The notes beneath the pieces are model-generated. The model did not search any database, was not told the DNA's origin, and worked only from the letters and a program-made list of their open reading frames with translations. 64,000 nt of DNA. Source: Escherichia phage vB-EcoP-XT73. This document shows, piece by piece, positions 1 to 11,300 of this stretch (position 1 is its first letter; each line of letters begins with the position of its first letter). Position numbers and translations under genes: made by a program. The stretch is from the sequence record OR757436.1. One strand, given 5' to 3'.

Positions 1-732
1 TTAGGGTATGATGGTTCTGGGTTAGAGTTGCGTATGCTGGTACATTATCTAGTAAAAGAGTGCCTTGATATGATGGAGGAGGCTAAACTAGAAAATGACA
101 AAGTTAAATATCTAAGAGCTGAGAAAGGCTTAGAAGCTGCCTATACATACAGAGATGTACTGCTGTCTGGTGATATTCATTCCCACAATCAGAAACTCGC
201 TGGGCTTCCAACTCGTGACAATGCAAAAACCTTCATCTATGGATTCCTGTATGGAGCAGGAGCAGCTAAAATTGGGGAAATAGTTGGAGGGGGTGCTCAA
301 GAAGGTGAAATTCTTAGAGAGCGATTCTTAGCGGAATGTCCTTGTATTCCTATCGTACTGGAGAGAGTTCAGGCCCGAGCGGAATCAGGCACTTTGGAAG
401 GTGTGGATGGTCGTAAGTTAACTATGAGACGAGATGCTACTGGTAAGGTTATGGTGCATAAAGCACTGAATACTCTACTTCAGAGTGCAGGTGCCATTGT
501 CATGAAGTACTCTATTCTGTTTACAAACAAATGGGTAGAGCAGCAGAATATTAGAGGAAACAAAGTGATCGATTATCATGATGAAGCACAGTGGTCTGTC
601 AACCGTAACGACGTTGATAAAATGAAGAAGATAGCTGAGACTTGTGTTAAGAAGGCAGGTGAATATCTAAACATGCACTGTGAACTAGCTTCTGATTGTA
701 AAATCGGATTGAATTGGATGCAAACTCACTAA
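1..732 (+). CDS. DNA polymerase, family A (C-terminal part; 5' end lies outside the window)
   Basis: Frame open from nt 1. Pol I motifs A (YDGSGLELR), B (RDNAKTFIYGFLYG) and C (DYHDE) in Pol I order, and a C-terminal His. Confidence 0.85.
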   Translation, partial: LGYDGSGLELRMLVHYLVKECLDMMEEAKLENDKVKYLRAEKGLEAAYTYRDVLLSGDIHSHNQKLAGLPTRDNAKTFIYGFLYGAGAAKIGEIVGGGAQEGEILRERFLAECPCIPIVLERVQARAESGTLEGVDGRKLTMRRDATGKVMVHKALNTLLQSAGAIVMKYSILFTNKWVEQQNIRGNKVIDYHDEAQWSVNRNDVDKMKKIAETCVKKAGEYLNMHCELASDCKIGLNWMQTH

Positions 733-801
733 ATTCAGAACTGAAAGATTGGAATACAAATGAACTAGTCTTATTGATTAGTTCATAACAAGGAGATTGA
801 A

Positions 802-939
802 GTGGAAGAGATGCCATCGGATTGGTGTTATCGTCAGAGCGCCATCTGTAATGAACAAGGACGTCCTGATGAAGCTGAGTTTTATTTAGAACTCGCTGAA
901 CTATGGAAAGAGAGAGAGGAAAAGAATGACTGCAACTGA
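802..939 (+). CDS. hypothetical small protein (45 aa)
   Basis: AAGGAG 6 nt upstream of GTG start; ORF too short for the supplied track. Confidence 0.25.
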   Translation: MEEMPSDWCYRQSAICNEQGRPDEAEFYLELAELWKEREEKNDCN

Positions 940-1102
940 ATTGAAAGAAACCATGTCCACTGAAGAAGGTAAAGCTTTCTTCCTAACTCAAGTACACTCT
1001 ATGGGTAAAGATGCCCTTCGCCAAGCAGTCGTTGAGCTTACTGGTGTAGTGATTGACTTGAGTATTGAAAATGAAACACTTGAAGCTAAAGTAAAAAGTT
1101 AA
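926..1102 (+). CDS. hypothetical small protein (58 aa)
   Basis: ATG with AGAGG upstream; ends just before a hairpin. Confidence 0.3.
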   Translation: MTATELKETMSTEEGKAFFLTQVHSMGKDALRQAVVELTGVVIDLSIENETLEAKVKS

Positions 1103-1109
1103 ATAAGAA

Positions 1110-1130
1110 GCTGCCTTAGGGCGGCTTTTC
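1110..1130 (+). terminator. putative intrinsic terminator
   Basis: GCTGCC-TTAG-GGCGGC hairpin followed by TTTTCTT. Confidence 0.35.
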
Positions 1131-1148
1131 TTGTCTAAAGGATTTGAC

Positions 1149-1541
1149 ATGAATATTGGTTTAGATTACGATGATACTTACACCTCAGATAAGAAGCTGT
1201 GGCGCTCTGTGGTGGCATTAATGCAAGCCAAAGGTTATGATGTGCGTTTTGTAACTTATCGCTTTGCAGAGCCTAATGGATATGATAATCACGACATTAA
1301 GATTGATGCAGAGTGTTTGCAGATTCCTATCATCTTTTGCAATGGTGTTCAGAAAGATAACGTATGTCGCCAGTTAGGTTTCTTTGTAGATATCTGGATT
1401 GACAACTTCCCTGTTGGAATCCCTAAGAAGGACCACCTAGATGGGATGCTGAAGGGCGTAAGACCTAATGACCTTAGGGCAGCACCTCCTGTAGAAATAG
1501 CCGCTCCTGTGTACTCTGAAGAGCCTCTGGTGATTCGATGA
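1149..1541 (+). CDS. HAD-like phosphatase / possible deoxyribonucleotidase
   Basis: N-terminal DxDxT motif (LDYDDT); AAGGA 6 nt before ATG 1149 (track start 1131 is TTG). Confidence 0.4.
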   Translation: MNIGLDYDDTYTSDKKLWRSVVALMQAKGYDVRFVTYRFAEPNGYDNHDIKIDAECLQIPIIFCNGVQKDNVCRQLGFFVDIWIDNFPVGIPKKDHLDGMLKGVRPNDLRAAPPVEIAAPVYSEEPLVIR

Positions 1542-1705
1542 AAAAGTATAGTGTATGGTTTAACGAGGTAGAAGAAGGTTTTGATGAAGTTGGTGGATGG
1601 GTTAATATCCTAAACACTGATGATATAGAAGAGGCCGAGAAGTGCGCCCTAAACTATAACTCTGGATATTATGAAAGAAATTGGGAATACGAGGAAGAAG
1701 TATGA
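1538..1705 (+). CDS. hypothetical small protein (55 aa)
   Basis: ATGA overlap with the upstream stop; acidic product. Confidence 0.3.
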   Translation: MKKYSVWFNEVEEGFDEVGGWVNILNTDDIEEAEKCALNYNSGYYERNWEYEEEV

Positions 1706-1923
1706 TTTGGATTCACACTTATAGAATTGGAAAGAAAGGGCTTACTACTGTTCACACATCTGAAGACAGTGCTAAAGCATCTCAGGCTGTACTGAAAGGA
1801 AAGATCACACCTTATGTAGTCGCTGAAGAAAAGAAAAGTCCTCCGGTTCTAGAATATCTAGGAACAGGTAAGGCTTACACAGCACTGGATGTTATTAACA
1901 ACAAACAAGGAGATGTGGTGTAA
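1702..1923 (+). CDS. hypothetical protein
   Basis: ATG 1702 overlaps the upstream stop; track ORF 1681..1923. Confidence 0.4.
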   Translation: MIWIHTYRIGKKGLTTVHTSEDSAKASQAVLKGKITPYVVAEEKKSPPVLEYLGTGKAYTALDVINNKQGDVV

Positions 1924-1924
1924 A

Positions 1925-2140
1925 ATGGAATACATTGATAAATACTCAAGTGAAGATTCAAAAGACGCTGAAGTTTTGTTCGTACTGAAAACAGACTGTT
2001 TAGAACATGGACAGCTTATCAACTTTATTGAATTGGCAAAACTTAAAGAAGAAATTGATCAACTATACAGTGATGAGCAATCCAGATTACTTTCCTTGTC
2101 CCTGCTAGGTGACTTAACCTGTGATGGTTGCATGATATGA
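1925..2140 (+). CDS. hypothetical protein
   Basis: ATG 1925 with AGGAG 13 nt upstream; track ORF 1889..2140. Confidence 0.4.
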   Translation: MEYIDKYSSEDSKDAEVLFVLKTDCLEHGQLINFIELAKLKEEIDQLYSDEQSRLLSLSLLGDLTCDGCMI

Positions 2141-2610
2141 TAGAAGATCTTCTGGATGAGTTCTTTGTTTGTGATTTATCATCTGGGAAAGTGTTCTGGA
2201 GAATTCACAACGGAACAAAATGCAGGCGGGGTGACGAGGCAGGAACTTCAAAAAAGGATGGAAGAGTGCTTATTCGATTGAAAGGAAGAGCCATTTACAG
2301 ATACCACATCATTTGGTATTTTGCTAATGGTGTTTTACCTAAAGATCAAATAGATCACATTGATCGAAACCCTTCCAACGATTCCATAGGCAACCTTAGA
2401 GAAGTTAACAACGAGAATAATTCTTGGAACAAGGGTTTGAACTCTAACAACACATCAGGAGCTAAGGGCGTATACCTCAATTCAAGAGGGAAGTACATAG
2501 CCAACATACATATTAGAGGTAAAACTAAATACCTAGGAACTTTCTCAACCCTAGAGGAAGCCGTCTCTGTTAGAAACAGAGCGGAGGAAGATCATAAATT
2601 AACTATCTAA
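2128..2610 (+). CDS. HNH homing endonuclease with AP2-like DNA-binding domain
   Basis: HIDRNPSNDSIGNLRE HNH core; C-terminal GVY..GKY...I.GK..YLGTF..EEA AP2-like segment. Confidence 0.75.
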   Translation: MHDMIEDLLDEFFVCDLSSGKVFWRIHNGTKCRRGDEAGTSKKDGRVLIRLKGRAIYRYHIIWYFANGVLPKDQIDHIDRNPSNDSIGNLREVNNENNSWNKGLNSNNTSGAKGVYLNSRGKYIANIHIRGKTKYLGTFSTLEEAVSVRNRAEEDHKLTI

Positions 2611-2619
2611 GAGGTCTTT

Positions 2620-3258
2620 ATGGCTGAAGTTTATTTTGCAGGAGATGGTCACTTAGGCCATCGAAACATCTGTAGTTTTCGTAAGCAATTTAAAAACATC
2701 GAAGAACATGACAAAGCAATTCTGGCTGCTTTTGACCACGTAACCAAACGTGATAAAGTTTTCTTTACCGGTGATTGGGTGTTTGAAAAGTATGCCCTTG
2801 ACATCATCGCTGAAGTTAGAGGAGAGAAGCATCTGGTCTTAGGAAATCATGACAGATTAGAACTTCTCCCTGATATGATGAAAGTCTTCCGTAGAATCTC
2901 TGGTGACTTTAAATATAAAGAGTTTTGGGTAACTCATATTCCTATTCACTCTGATGAAATGAGAGGAAAGTATAATATCTATGCTCATACTCATAATTCT
3001 ACTATCAGAGATTGGAGATACTTTTGTACTTCTATGGAACAGATTGATTACAGAGCTGTGTCTCTGCAAGAAATTCGTAAAGAGTTCGCTGCAAGAAAAA
3101 GCATTTTAGAAACTACATTATTTCCAGTGGGAGATAAAAGTAGAGAGCAATTGGATGAAATCCGAAAGAAGATTCAATTAGAATCTCAAGCAGAATCTAA
3201 CTTACTTTTTCAGAGAACAGTAGAACAAACTAGTTTTAAAGGTCTTTTAGAATGGTAG
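2620..3258 (+). CDS. calcineurin-like metallophosphoesterase
   Basis: Motifs GDGHLGH, GDW and GNHD in the canonical order; AAGAGG RBS. Confidence 0.75.
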   Translation: MAEVYFAGDGHLGHRNICSFRKQFKNIEEHDKAILAAFDHVTKRDKVFFTGDWVFEKYALDIIAEVRGEKHLVLGNHDRLELLPDMMKVFRRISGDFKYKEFWVTHIPIHSDEMRGKYNIYAHTHNSTIRDWRYFCTSMEQIDYRAVSLQEIRKEFAARKSILETTLFPVGDKSREQLDEIRKKIQLESQAESNLLFQRTVEQTSFKGLLEW

Positions 3259-3591
3259 AAGTTATTGTTTTAAGTTAAGTTTTCTTTTGATTTTAATAGA
3301 GAATCAAAGTCCTAGGAGTCCTCAACCTAAATCAAGGATTTCCTCAATTCTCTATTTTTATCTCGCAGGTGTCTCCTGCCCTTCGGTACTTGCAAGGGTT
3401 ACGATGATTGCCCAATATACAAGCCTGCAATAGCTTTACTAGCTATACAATATATACATTACTAGTGTGTTATATCTACTACCAAAGATACTTATATTAT
3501 ATAGTACCCTTATCGGTATAAGCGTAATGTATACTATACATAACCGCTCAAAGAGAGCAACAATCTTTCAAATTAAATAAGGAAATTAATA

Positions 3592-4338
3592 ATGAGCATG
3601 ATCCCAACTATCGCAACTTCTTCTCGTAAATCCAACTACGATATTATCCCTGATGGTGAATATGAAGCACGTATCGTTCGTGTAGTAGGTTTGGGTGTTC
3701 ACAATCGTGATCCTTGGGTTGACCCGAAGACCAAAGCAGTAACTCCTAAGAATCCAGCTTTCCGTATGGATTTGGCTTTCGAGCTGATTGGTGTTGATGC
3801 TACTGGTAAAGATTCCGATGGTAAGGCATTAGAACCACGTCCTGCTTGCCAGTTCAAGAGTTATGATGTAAACCCACGAGCTAAGAACTCTGGTATTCTT
3901 GATCTCTGCAAGATGATTGACCCAAGCATTCAAGCACTGAAAGGTGATCTGTCTTGGTTTAAGGATGTGTTGTTAGGTCAGCCTGTTAACATTCTGGTTA
4001 ACTCCTACACTAACAAAGCTGGTGAAGTTAAAAACTCCATCAAGACCATTTCTCCAATCCCAACCAAATATCGTGCAGCAGTTGGTGAAGCTCGCAGTCC
4101 TCTGGTATTCTTCGAACCGTATGCGGAAACCGATGAGAACGTAGCATCCTATCAACTGATGTTCCCGTTCCAGCGCAACCTGCTTACTCAAGCTAATGAC
4201 GCTAAGAACATGCCTCTGGCTGGTCGTGAAATTACTCGTGCTTCTGAAACAGAGCAGAAAGAAGCTACTCCTTCAATCCCTACGATTGATAAAGAGCCTG
4301 CTTCTACTTATGAAGATGACAACGACAGCCCATTCTGA
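3592..4338 (+). CDS. putative single-stranded DNA-binding protein (T7 gp2.5-like)
   Basis: Acidic C-terminal tail ending in Phe (EDDNDSPF); strong RBS; sits in the replication block and is followed by a strong terminator. Confidence 0.5.
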   Translation: MSMIPTIATSSRKSNYDIIPDGEYEARIVRVVGLGVHNRDPWVDPKTKAVTPKNPAFRMDLAFELIGVDATGKDSDGKALEPRPACQFKSYDVNPRAKNSGILDLCKMIDPSIQALKGDLSWFKDVLLGQPVNILVNSYTNKAGEVKNSIKTISPIPTKYRAAVGEARSPLVFFEPYAETDENVASYQLMFPFQRNLLTQANDAKNMPLAGREITRASETEQKEATPSIPTIDKEPASTYEDDNDSPF

Positions 4339-4359
4339 TAACTCTCCTTGTTATAGCTT

Positions 4360-4383
4360 AGCCACCTTCGGGTGGCTTTTTTC
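4360..4383 (+). terminator. intrinsic terminator
   Basis: AGCCACC-TTCG-GGTGGCT then TTTTTT. Confidence 0.7.
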
Positions 4384-4395
4384 GTTGGAGTCAAT

Positions 4396-4746
4396 ATGCA
4401 AAGCACTTTAAGTGATAATCTAGGATTTGTTATCTTCTCTGCTCTGGTGTTCTTTGGTGGTATGAAGTTTAATGAGTACAGAACAGACAGTAACAATCTG
4501 GATAAAGAAAAGCATCAACAAGAGTTAGAGATTGAAAGAAGTAAGGCAGCTGATGAAGTTGCTCAGAGAGTTCTTACCGGTTTATCCAACTGGAAGAAGA
4601 ACACGGAAACCGTTTATAAAGAGATGCATTATGAGAAAACTAAACCAGTTTTTTATAATGTCTGCGCTAGTGATGACTACATCCGCATGTTCAACGAGCG
4701 ACAGCAGCAGGCAATCGATGCCCTTACCAACAAACCTAAAAGCTGA
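4396..4746 (+). CDS. putative i-spanin (Rz-like)
   Basis: N-terminal transmembrane segment followed by a charged coiled-coil-type region; a lipoprotein ORF is embedded in another frame. Confidence 0.5.
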   Translation: MQSTLSDNLGFVIFSALVFFGGMKFNEYRTDSNNLDKEKHQQELEIERSKAADEVAQRVLTGLSNWKKNTETVYKEMHYEKTKPVFYNVCASDDYIRMFNERQQQAIDALTNKPKS

Positions 4747-4890
4747 ATGTAGGGTTGACCTGCCTCTTTTAGAGAGTGCTCAAGGAAAGGCACTAGCCAC
4801 TACGTTGGAGTGGTATCAGGACCAGTACACAGAATGTGCTGCTAATCACAATGGATTGTTAGAAGCTCTGAAAGAGCGTGGAGTAGAGTG

Positions 4891-4891
<1 letters not shown>
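4631..4891 (+). CDS. putative o-spanin (Rz1-like lipoprotein)
   Basis: Starts inside the Rz-like gene in another frame; signal peptide ending in lipobox-like TSAC; Pro-rich mature part. Confidence 0.5.
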
Positions 4892-6264
<1,373 letters not shown>

Positions 6265-6265
6265 T

Positions 6266-7087
6266 ATGGAAGACGTTAAGCTCCCTGAAGTAGCTATAGT
6301 GGATGCTGACGTTCTTCGATATGAAGTGGGTGCTCTTACTCAGGAGCATCCCTTTCTTGACACAGGACGTGTTCCAGTTGATTACAATTTCATGATTGAA
6401 CGACTTCAGTACAAGATAGATACTATCATTGCTCGCTCAGGTTGCAGTAAGGTTGTGTTCTACTTCAGCGAAGGTGGTAACTTCCGTTTTGATGTTGCTA
6501 AGCAGCAAGACTACAAAGCAAATAGACCTCCCGGAGAAAGACCTTTTCACTGGCAAAATGTTGGTGATTACATTAAAGGTAAATATGAATACATAGATGT
6601 ATTTGGGAGAGAGGCTGATGATGCACTAGCTGAAAGGCAACGTAGGGATAAGAACACTATCATCTGTACTAGAGACAAGGATTTGTTGATAACTCCCGGA
6701 TGGCACTACCGTTGGGCTTGTGGAGAAAGACAGAAAGAAGTTCCTCCTCACTATGTATCTGATTTAGTTTCGTGGCAAAACTTCTTCTATCAGATGTTGA
6801 TTGGAGACGGTACAGATAATATCCCCGGATGTGGAGAACGTAAAGAAGTTATGTGGGGAGGTAAGCTCCAGCTTCGACGTCAAGGAATAGGGAAGAAAGC
6901 AGCAGCTAAGTTGTTGGCTGGTGTTACAGACAAGTGGACCATGTATCATATAGTACGAATGGAATATTATAAGAAGTTCGATACTGAAGATGAAGAGAAG
7001 ATGCTTGAGAATGCTCGGCTGCTCTTTGTTGGTCAGACTCCGGAAGACCTATTTGATTGGTCGTGGCTCGAAAAAACTTGGGAATAA
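6266..7087 (+). CDS. 5'-3' exonuclease / flap endonuclease (FEN family)
   Basis: Acidic active-site clusters (VDADVL, YKANR, GREADDALA, TRDKDLL) and H3TH-like GDGTDNIPG...GIGKKAAAKLL. Confidence 0.8.
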   Translation: MEDVKLPEVAIVDADVLRYEVGALTQEHPFLDTGRVPVDYNFMIERLQYKIDTIIARSGCSKVVFYFSEGGNFRFDVAKQQDYKANRPPGERPFHWQNVGDYIKGKYEYIDVFGREADDALAERQRRDKNTIICTRDKDLLITPGWHYRWACGERQKEVPPHYVSDLVSWQNFFYQMLIGDGTDNIPGCGERKEVMWGGKLQLRRQGIGKKAAAKLLAGVTDKWTMYHIVRMEYYKKFDTEDEEKMLENARLLFVGQTPEDLFDWSWLEKTWE

Positions 7088-7097
7088 GGATATTATA

Positions 7098-7277
7098 ATG
7101 GGTAAATTTGACTATCGTTCATATGATGAAAACTCCTCCAATCGCGAATCTCGAAAAGAGCAGCGTATTAAATATAGTCATGAATTAGGCAATCGCTATA
7201 TTAAAGAAAAGCGTGAAAAAGTATCACATCGAGTAGATAAACGTGTATGGGAAGAAGCTGATTATGGCGAAGTCTGA
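7098..7277 (+). CDS. hypothetical small basic protein
   Basis: ATG 7098 with AAGGA upstream (track start 6990 is far upstream). Confidence 0.3.
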   Translation: MGKFDYRSYDENSSNRESRKEQRIKYSHELGNRYIKEKREKVSHRVDKRVWEEADYGEV

Positions 7278-7665
7278 GAAGACTAGATGCTCTGGAATGT
7301 GGACTGAAGCTCGTTACAATTCTTTCATCAAGTCAGGGATTCGTTCTCTGACTAGAAAGTGGAAGCCCATGTTCGATGCACTAGCAGACGCCAAGACAGA
7401 GCAGAAGATTAATCCAAAAACAGGCAGACTGGCAATGCACTTTAAGTGTGCCATGTGTGGTTCTGATCACCCTGTAAAGGATATGGCTATAGATCATATA
7501 AATCCTATCGTTCCTCTTGACCATGAAGCAACTTGGGATGAAATTATCTCTCGTGCTCTGTGTGAGAAAGAAGGTTTTCAGGTTCTGTGTAAAGACCCTT
7601 GTCATAAACTAAAAACTAAGATGGAAAATGATGCAAGAAAACAATTCAAAAAAGGAAATGAGTGA
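7264..7665 (+). CDS. HNH endonuclease
   Basis: CAMCGSDHPV...DHINP...H..K Cys/His HNH pattern. Confidence 0.6.
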   Translation: MAKSEKTRCSGMWTEARYNSFIKSGIRSLTRKWKPMFDALADAKTEQKINPKTGRLAMHFKCAMCGSDHPVKDMAIDHINPIVPLDHEATWDEIISRALCEKEGFQVLCKDPCHKLKTKMENDARKQFKKGNE

Positions 7666-7885
7666 TGATCAAAAATCTACGCAACAAGTGCTTCGCTTTC
7701 GCTATCGCAATTGGAGAGGCGAGATTGCTGACCGGTCCGTTATTCCACTCCGAACCTCCGTTGCTAGCTCCCGTTTTCATAACGGTGGCAAACCTTGTTG
7801 GATTATGACAGCGATAGATGTAGAGAAAGATGAGATTCGAGAGTTCAAACTCTCTGACATTATTCAGTACTACGATTTAATCTAG
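7658..7885 (+). CDS. hypothetical protein
   Basis: ATG 7658 with AAAGGAA upstream; overlaps the HNH stop. Confidence 0.35.
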   Translation: MSDDQKSTQQVLRFRYRNWRGEIADRSVIPLRTSVASSRFHNGGKPCWIMTAIDVEKDEIREFKLSDIIQYYDLI

Positions 7886-7893
7886 GAACTGAC

Positions 7894-8055
7894 ATGATCA
7901 CACAAGCAGATAAAAATAAACTCTTCGACTTAATCCACGATCTATTAGAAGCTCAGAGCTTTATTGACAATGCCGAGACTTGGGAGATGGAAGCAGCTGG
8001 AAAAGCTTTTGATGAAAGCGAAGAGAAACTTACTAATTTTATAAACACAATCTAG
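7894..8055 (+). CDS. hypothetical small acidic protein (53 aa)
   Basis: AGGA 6 nt before ATG; not in the ORF track because under 60 aa. Confidence 0.3.
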   Translation: MITQADKNKLFDLIHDLLEAQSFIDNAETWEMEAAGKAFDESEEKLTNFINTI

Positions 8056-8303
8056 GAGGGTATATGAATGAAGAAGTTGTTATCCTTGGCAGTAAATCAG
8101 ATTGGTTCTATGGAGGCATCTCAGGATGCTTTGAAGATGAACATCCAGATTTCTGAAGAGAATTGGGATGTATGAGGATGAATTTGATGGATTTTGAAAA
8201 GATAAAACAGAGCAAAATTGATATGATGAAAAAATTCAAAGCGGCTTATGATAAAGCTGTTAAAGAAGGAACTATCACTTACAAGAAAATCTAGAAATAA
8301 ATA

Positions 8304-8338
8304 AAGCCCCTTCCTTTCGGTTGGGGCTTTTCTTTTAT
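8304..8338. terminator. bidirectional intrinsic terminator between convergent gene blocks
   Basis: AGCCCC...GGGGCT hairpin with T-runs on both strands, where + and - strand genes converge. Confidence 0.5.
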
Positions 8339-11300
8339 CACTCCTTAGGTCGAACTCTTACACGGAGTCTCGATTGACGCTTACTGCGTTCAAGCTTCTC
8401 TGACAATGAGCCACGTTTAATCTTCGGCTTCCCTTCGTCATTAAACTTCTCCAAGAACTGCAAGTACTCAGTACGATTCGTTGTCTTGTAAGAAGGAATC
8501 TTAACATCAGGGTTCTCTTCAATCACACGTCTCATCTTCGCTACATCATCCCTGCCAAGCAACTTACTCTTAGCCTGTTCAGCTGTAGAACCAAAGATCT
8601 TCTCCAGTGCTCTGGATTTGTTACCACCTGCGGAAGAAGCACCAAGTTTAGCAATAGCAGAATAATCATCAGCACTAAACCAAGCTACCGGATTATCGCC
8701 ATACTTCTTCTTGTTTTCAGCAGCAGTCTGCAATGCACGTACAAAGCGACGGTTGTTACCAGCCTTATCTGCACCATGAACCCTGTCTAAAACTTCAGCC
8801 ACACTAGCTAACTCATCCAAGCTCTTCCCACTCAAGAAAGCTTTCTCTACTTTATCAGCAAAGACTTCTTCCTGCTGCTTAATACTTTCCAAGATATCAG
8901 AATTTGCTTGAGATTTTTCATCGTCAGGCAGAGCAGAACGAATCTTCTCCATCTCCATCTCTTCCTCTTGCAGTTTCTTAATATCAGAGTCAACCTTCTG
9001 AGCTTCCTCAATAGCCTTCCTAGTATCCGAATCCAAATTATCAATCTTACCTTCAGTATCTCCAGTAACCTTAACAATCTCTTTCTCGATAGGAGTCATT
9101 GATTCGTACTTCTTAGCAAACTTCTCAACATCAGCCTCGATACGAGAACGAGCATTCTGATGTTCAGTTGGAGTCATAGGCTTCTCAAGAAGTGCATAAC
9201 GGTTATCCATGTAGGAACCAGCAAACGCTTCAGCATCCTCTCTAGATATGCCCTTATCTTCCATAGTACGCACCAGACGGCGATGAATGTCATCACGTTG
9301 ACGTTGTACTGCCATAAGGTCATTCTCACGCTCTTGGGCCGCTTTAAGCTCTTCACTGCGCTTAACTCTCTTGTCCACATCAAACTTACGGTTCATCTCT
9401 TCCGCTTGCTCATACATCTTGTTCCACTTGGCCTGACGAGCATCTTCCTCTGCATCAGTTAAACGACGCTGACGATCAAGGTAATCTGACTCGGCGTTGT
9501 GGATACGTTCAATGTAACTACGGAACTTCTCTGGAGGAACTGGAGAGTTCTTGTCATGGTGAGCAGCCAACTGTTTCAATGTACGAGATTCCTGAGCCTC
9601 ACGAACAGGTTTAGGTAAACCTTCCATCATCTTCTCAATCTCACTCTTCTGAGCTGCAATAGCCTCTAGAGTTTTACGTTCATTCTCAACAGCAGCCTTA
9701 GCATCTGAACGAGCCTGAGCTTTGTTTTTCAGAGTGGCAAGACGTTCTTCACGAGCCTGTAAATGCTTAGCAGCAGCTTCATACTGAGAGTTCTTGTTAG
9801 CTTTGTTGAAGGCATTCACTTCTCTGTTATAGGTGTTAATAAACCCATCCCAAACATCCTTCATCTGACCAACTTCCAAAGCCTCTTCTCTACCAGCCTT
9901 CTCTGAAGATTTAAACTTCCCATCTACATAATCATTCATCAGCTTACGCATAGCATCTTTCTGAGCAGGACGTAAAGGTTCTGAATCAATCAAAGTGTCA
10001 ATCTCAGACTGAAGCTCTTTCTTCTGGTCAACCAGTTTAGGAGCATCTTTCTTATCAAAAGCTTTGTTCTCTTCTAGAGCTTGTTGATACAGTCTATCAA
10101 ACTCATCCTCACGCTGCTTCTGATACAATCTTTCAGCACGACGTTTCAGACTATCCAAGTTAGTAACGTTCCCACCTAAACCTTTCTCTTCAGCACGTAA
10201 TGCCTTAGTAGCAATATCTTCTGGCAGACCACGTTCCTTAACCCATTCAGCAAAATTAGTTCGTACAGTGTTGTTCTTAGCAGTAGCAATACCTTGCTGA
10301 GAAGACAACTGGTTACGAGCCATTTCTTCATGACGTTCAGTGTTGATAGCATTATCTTCCTGACGAATACGACGCATCAATTCCTTAGGATCACCTTTAT
10401 AAGCCAAGAAGTTTTCAGCAGTAGCTTTAGCCTTAGCAGCCTTAGAGTACAGAGAACGAGCAAAGCGTTCTGCACGATCTTTAGTAGCCTGACGAGCAGC
10501 ACTAGACATAGCAGCTAAACGTTCTACACCACTTGCCGGTTTAACGTCCTGTACAGCTTCCTTAGGAGCTTTAGGAGCACGGGCAGGTAATGGCTCAGCT
10601 TTGACTGTTGGTTCCTCTACGGTTGGTTCTGGAGCCTGTGCGGCCTCTTCTTGAGCACGTTGCTGTTCCATTGCACGACGTTCCTCTAAAGGGTTACGAG
10701 CAGGGAGAGGTTCAGCCTGTGGAGCTTGTTCGACCGGAGCTTCTTGAGCCTGTGCTGCCTCTTCTTCAGCGCGACGCTGTTCAGCCTGACGGATAGCACG
10801 TCTTTGCGCAACTAAATCACGAGCTGTAAGAGGGGTTTCTTGAGGAGCAGAAGAAGAAAGATTTTCTTCCGTCACAGTACTAGAAGAAGGCTCCCGAACC
10901 GGTTCGGTTTCTACGTCATTTTGCGTCTTAAATTTAATGTCACCAACAACTGGTTCTTCTTCCATTTTAGCACGAGCTTCATCAGCAGTAGACTTAGCAC
11001 GAGCAACTTCCAAATCACCACGAGCCAGAGAGCGGATAGCTTCACTGTTAGATTCTTGTTGCTTAACACGTTGAGAGCGAGCACGCTGAGAAGAGAAGCG
11101 ATTCAGAGCATACTTAGCAGCACCGAGTGTGTTCATAACCAGACTAGGAGAAGAAGCCTCACGGAATCCATCATCAGTCAGGGACGTCCAACCACGGTCT
11201 TGGTTGCTCATGAACTTAGCTGTATTATTCAGAGTGTAAGCATCTTGAATAGGATTAAAACCTTCAGGCATACCTTTCAGTTTCTTCAACCCACCAATAG

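Noticed and set aside
4532-4630. Upstream extension of the Rz1-like ORF (track start 4532)
   Set aside because: The lipoprotein signal peptide begins at Met 4631, which has an RBS; the extension would add a non-signal leader.
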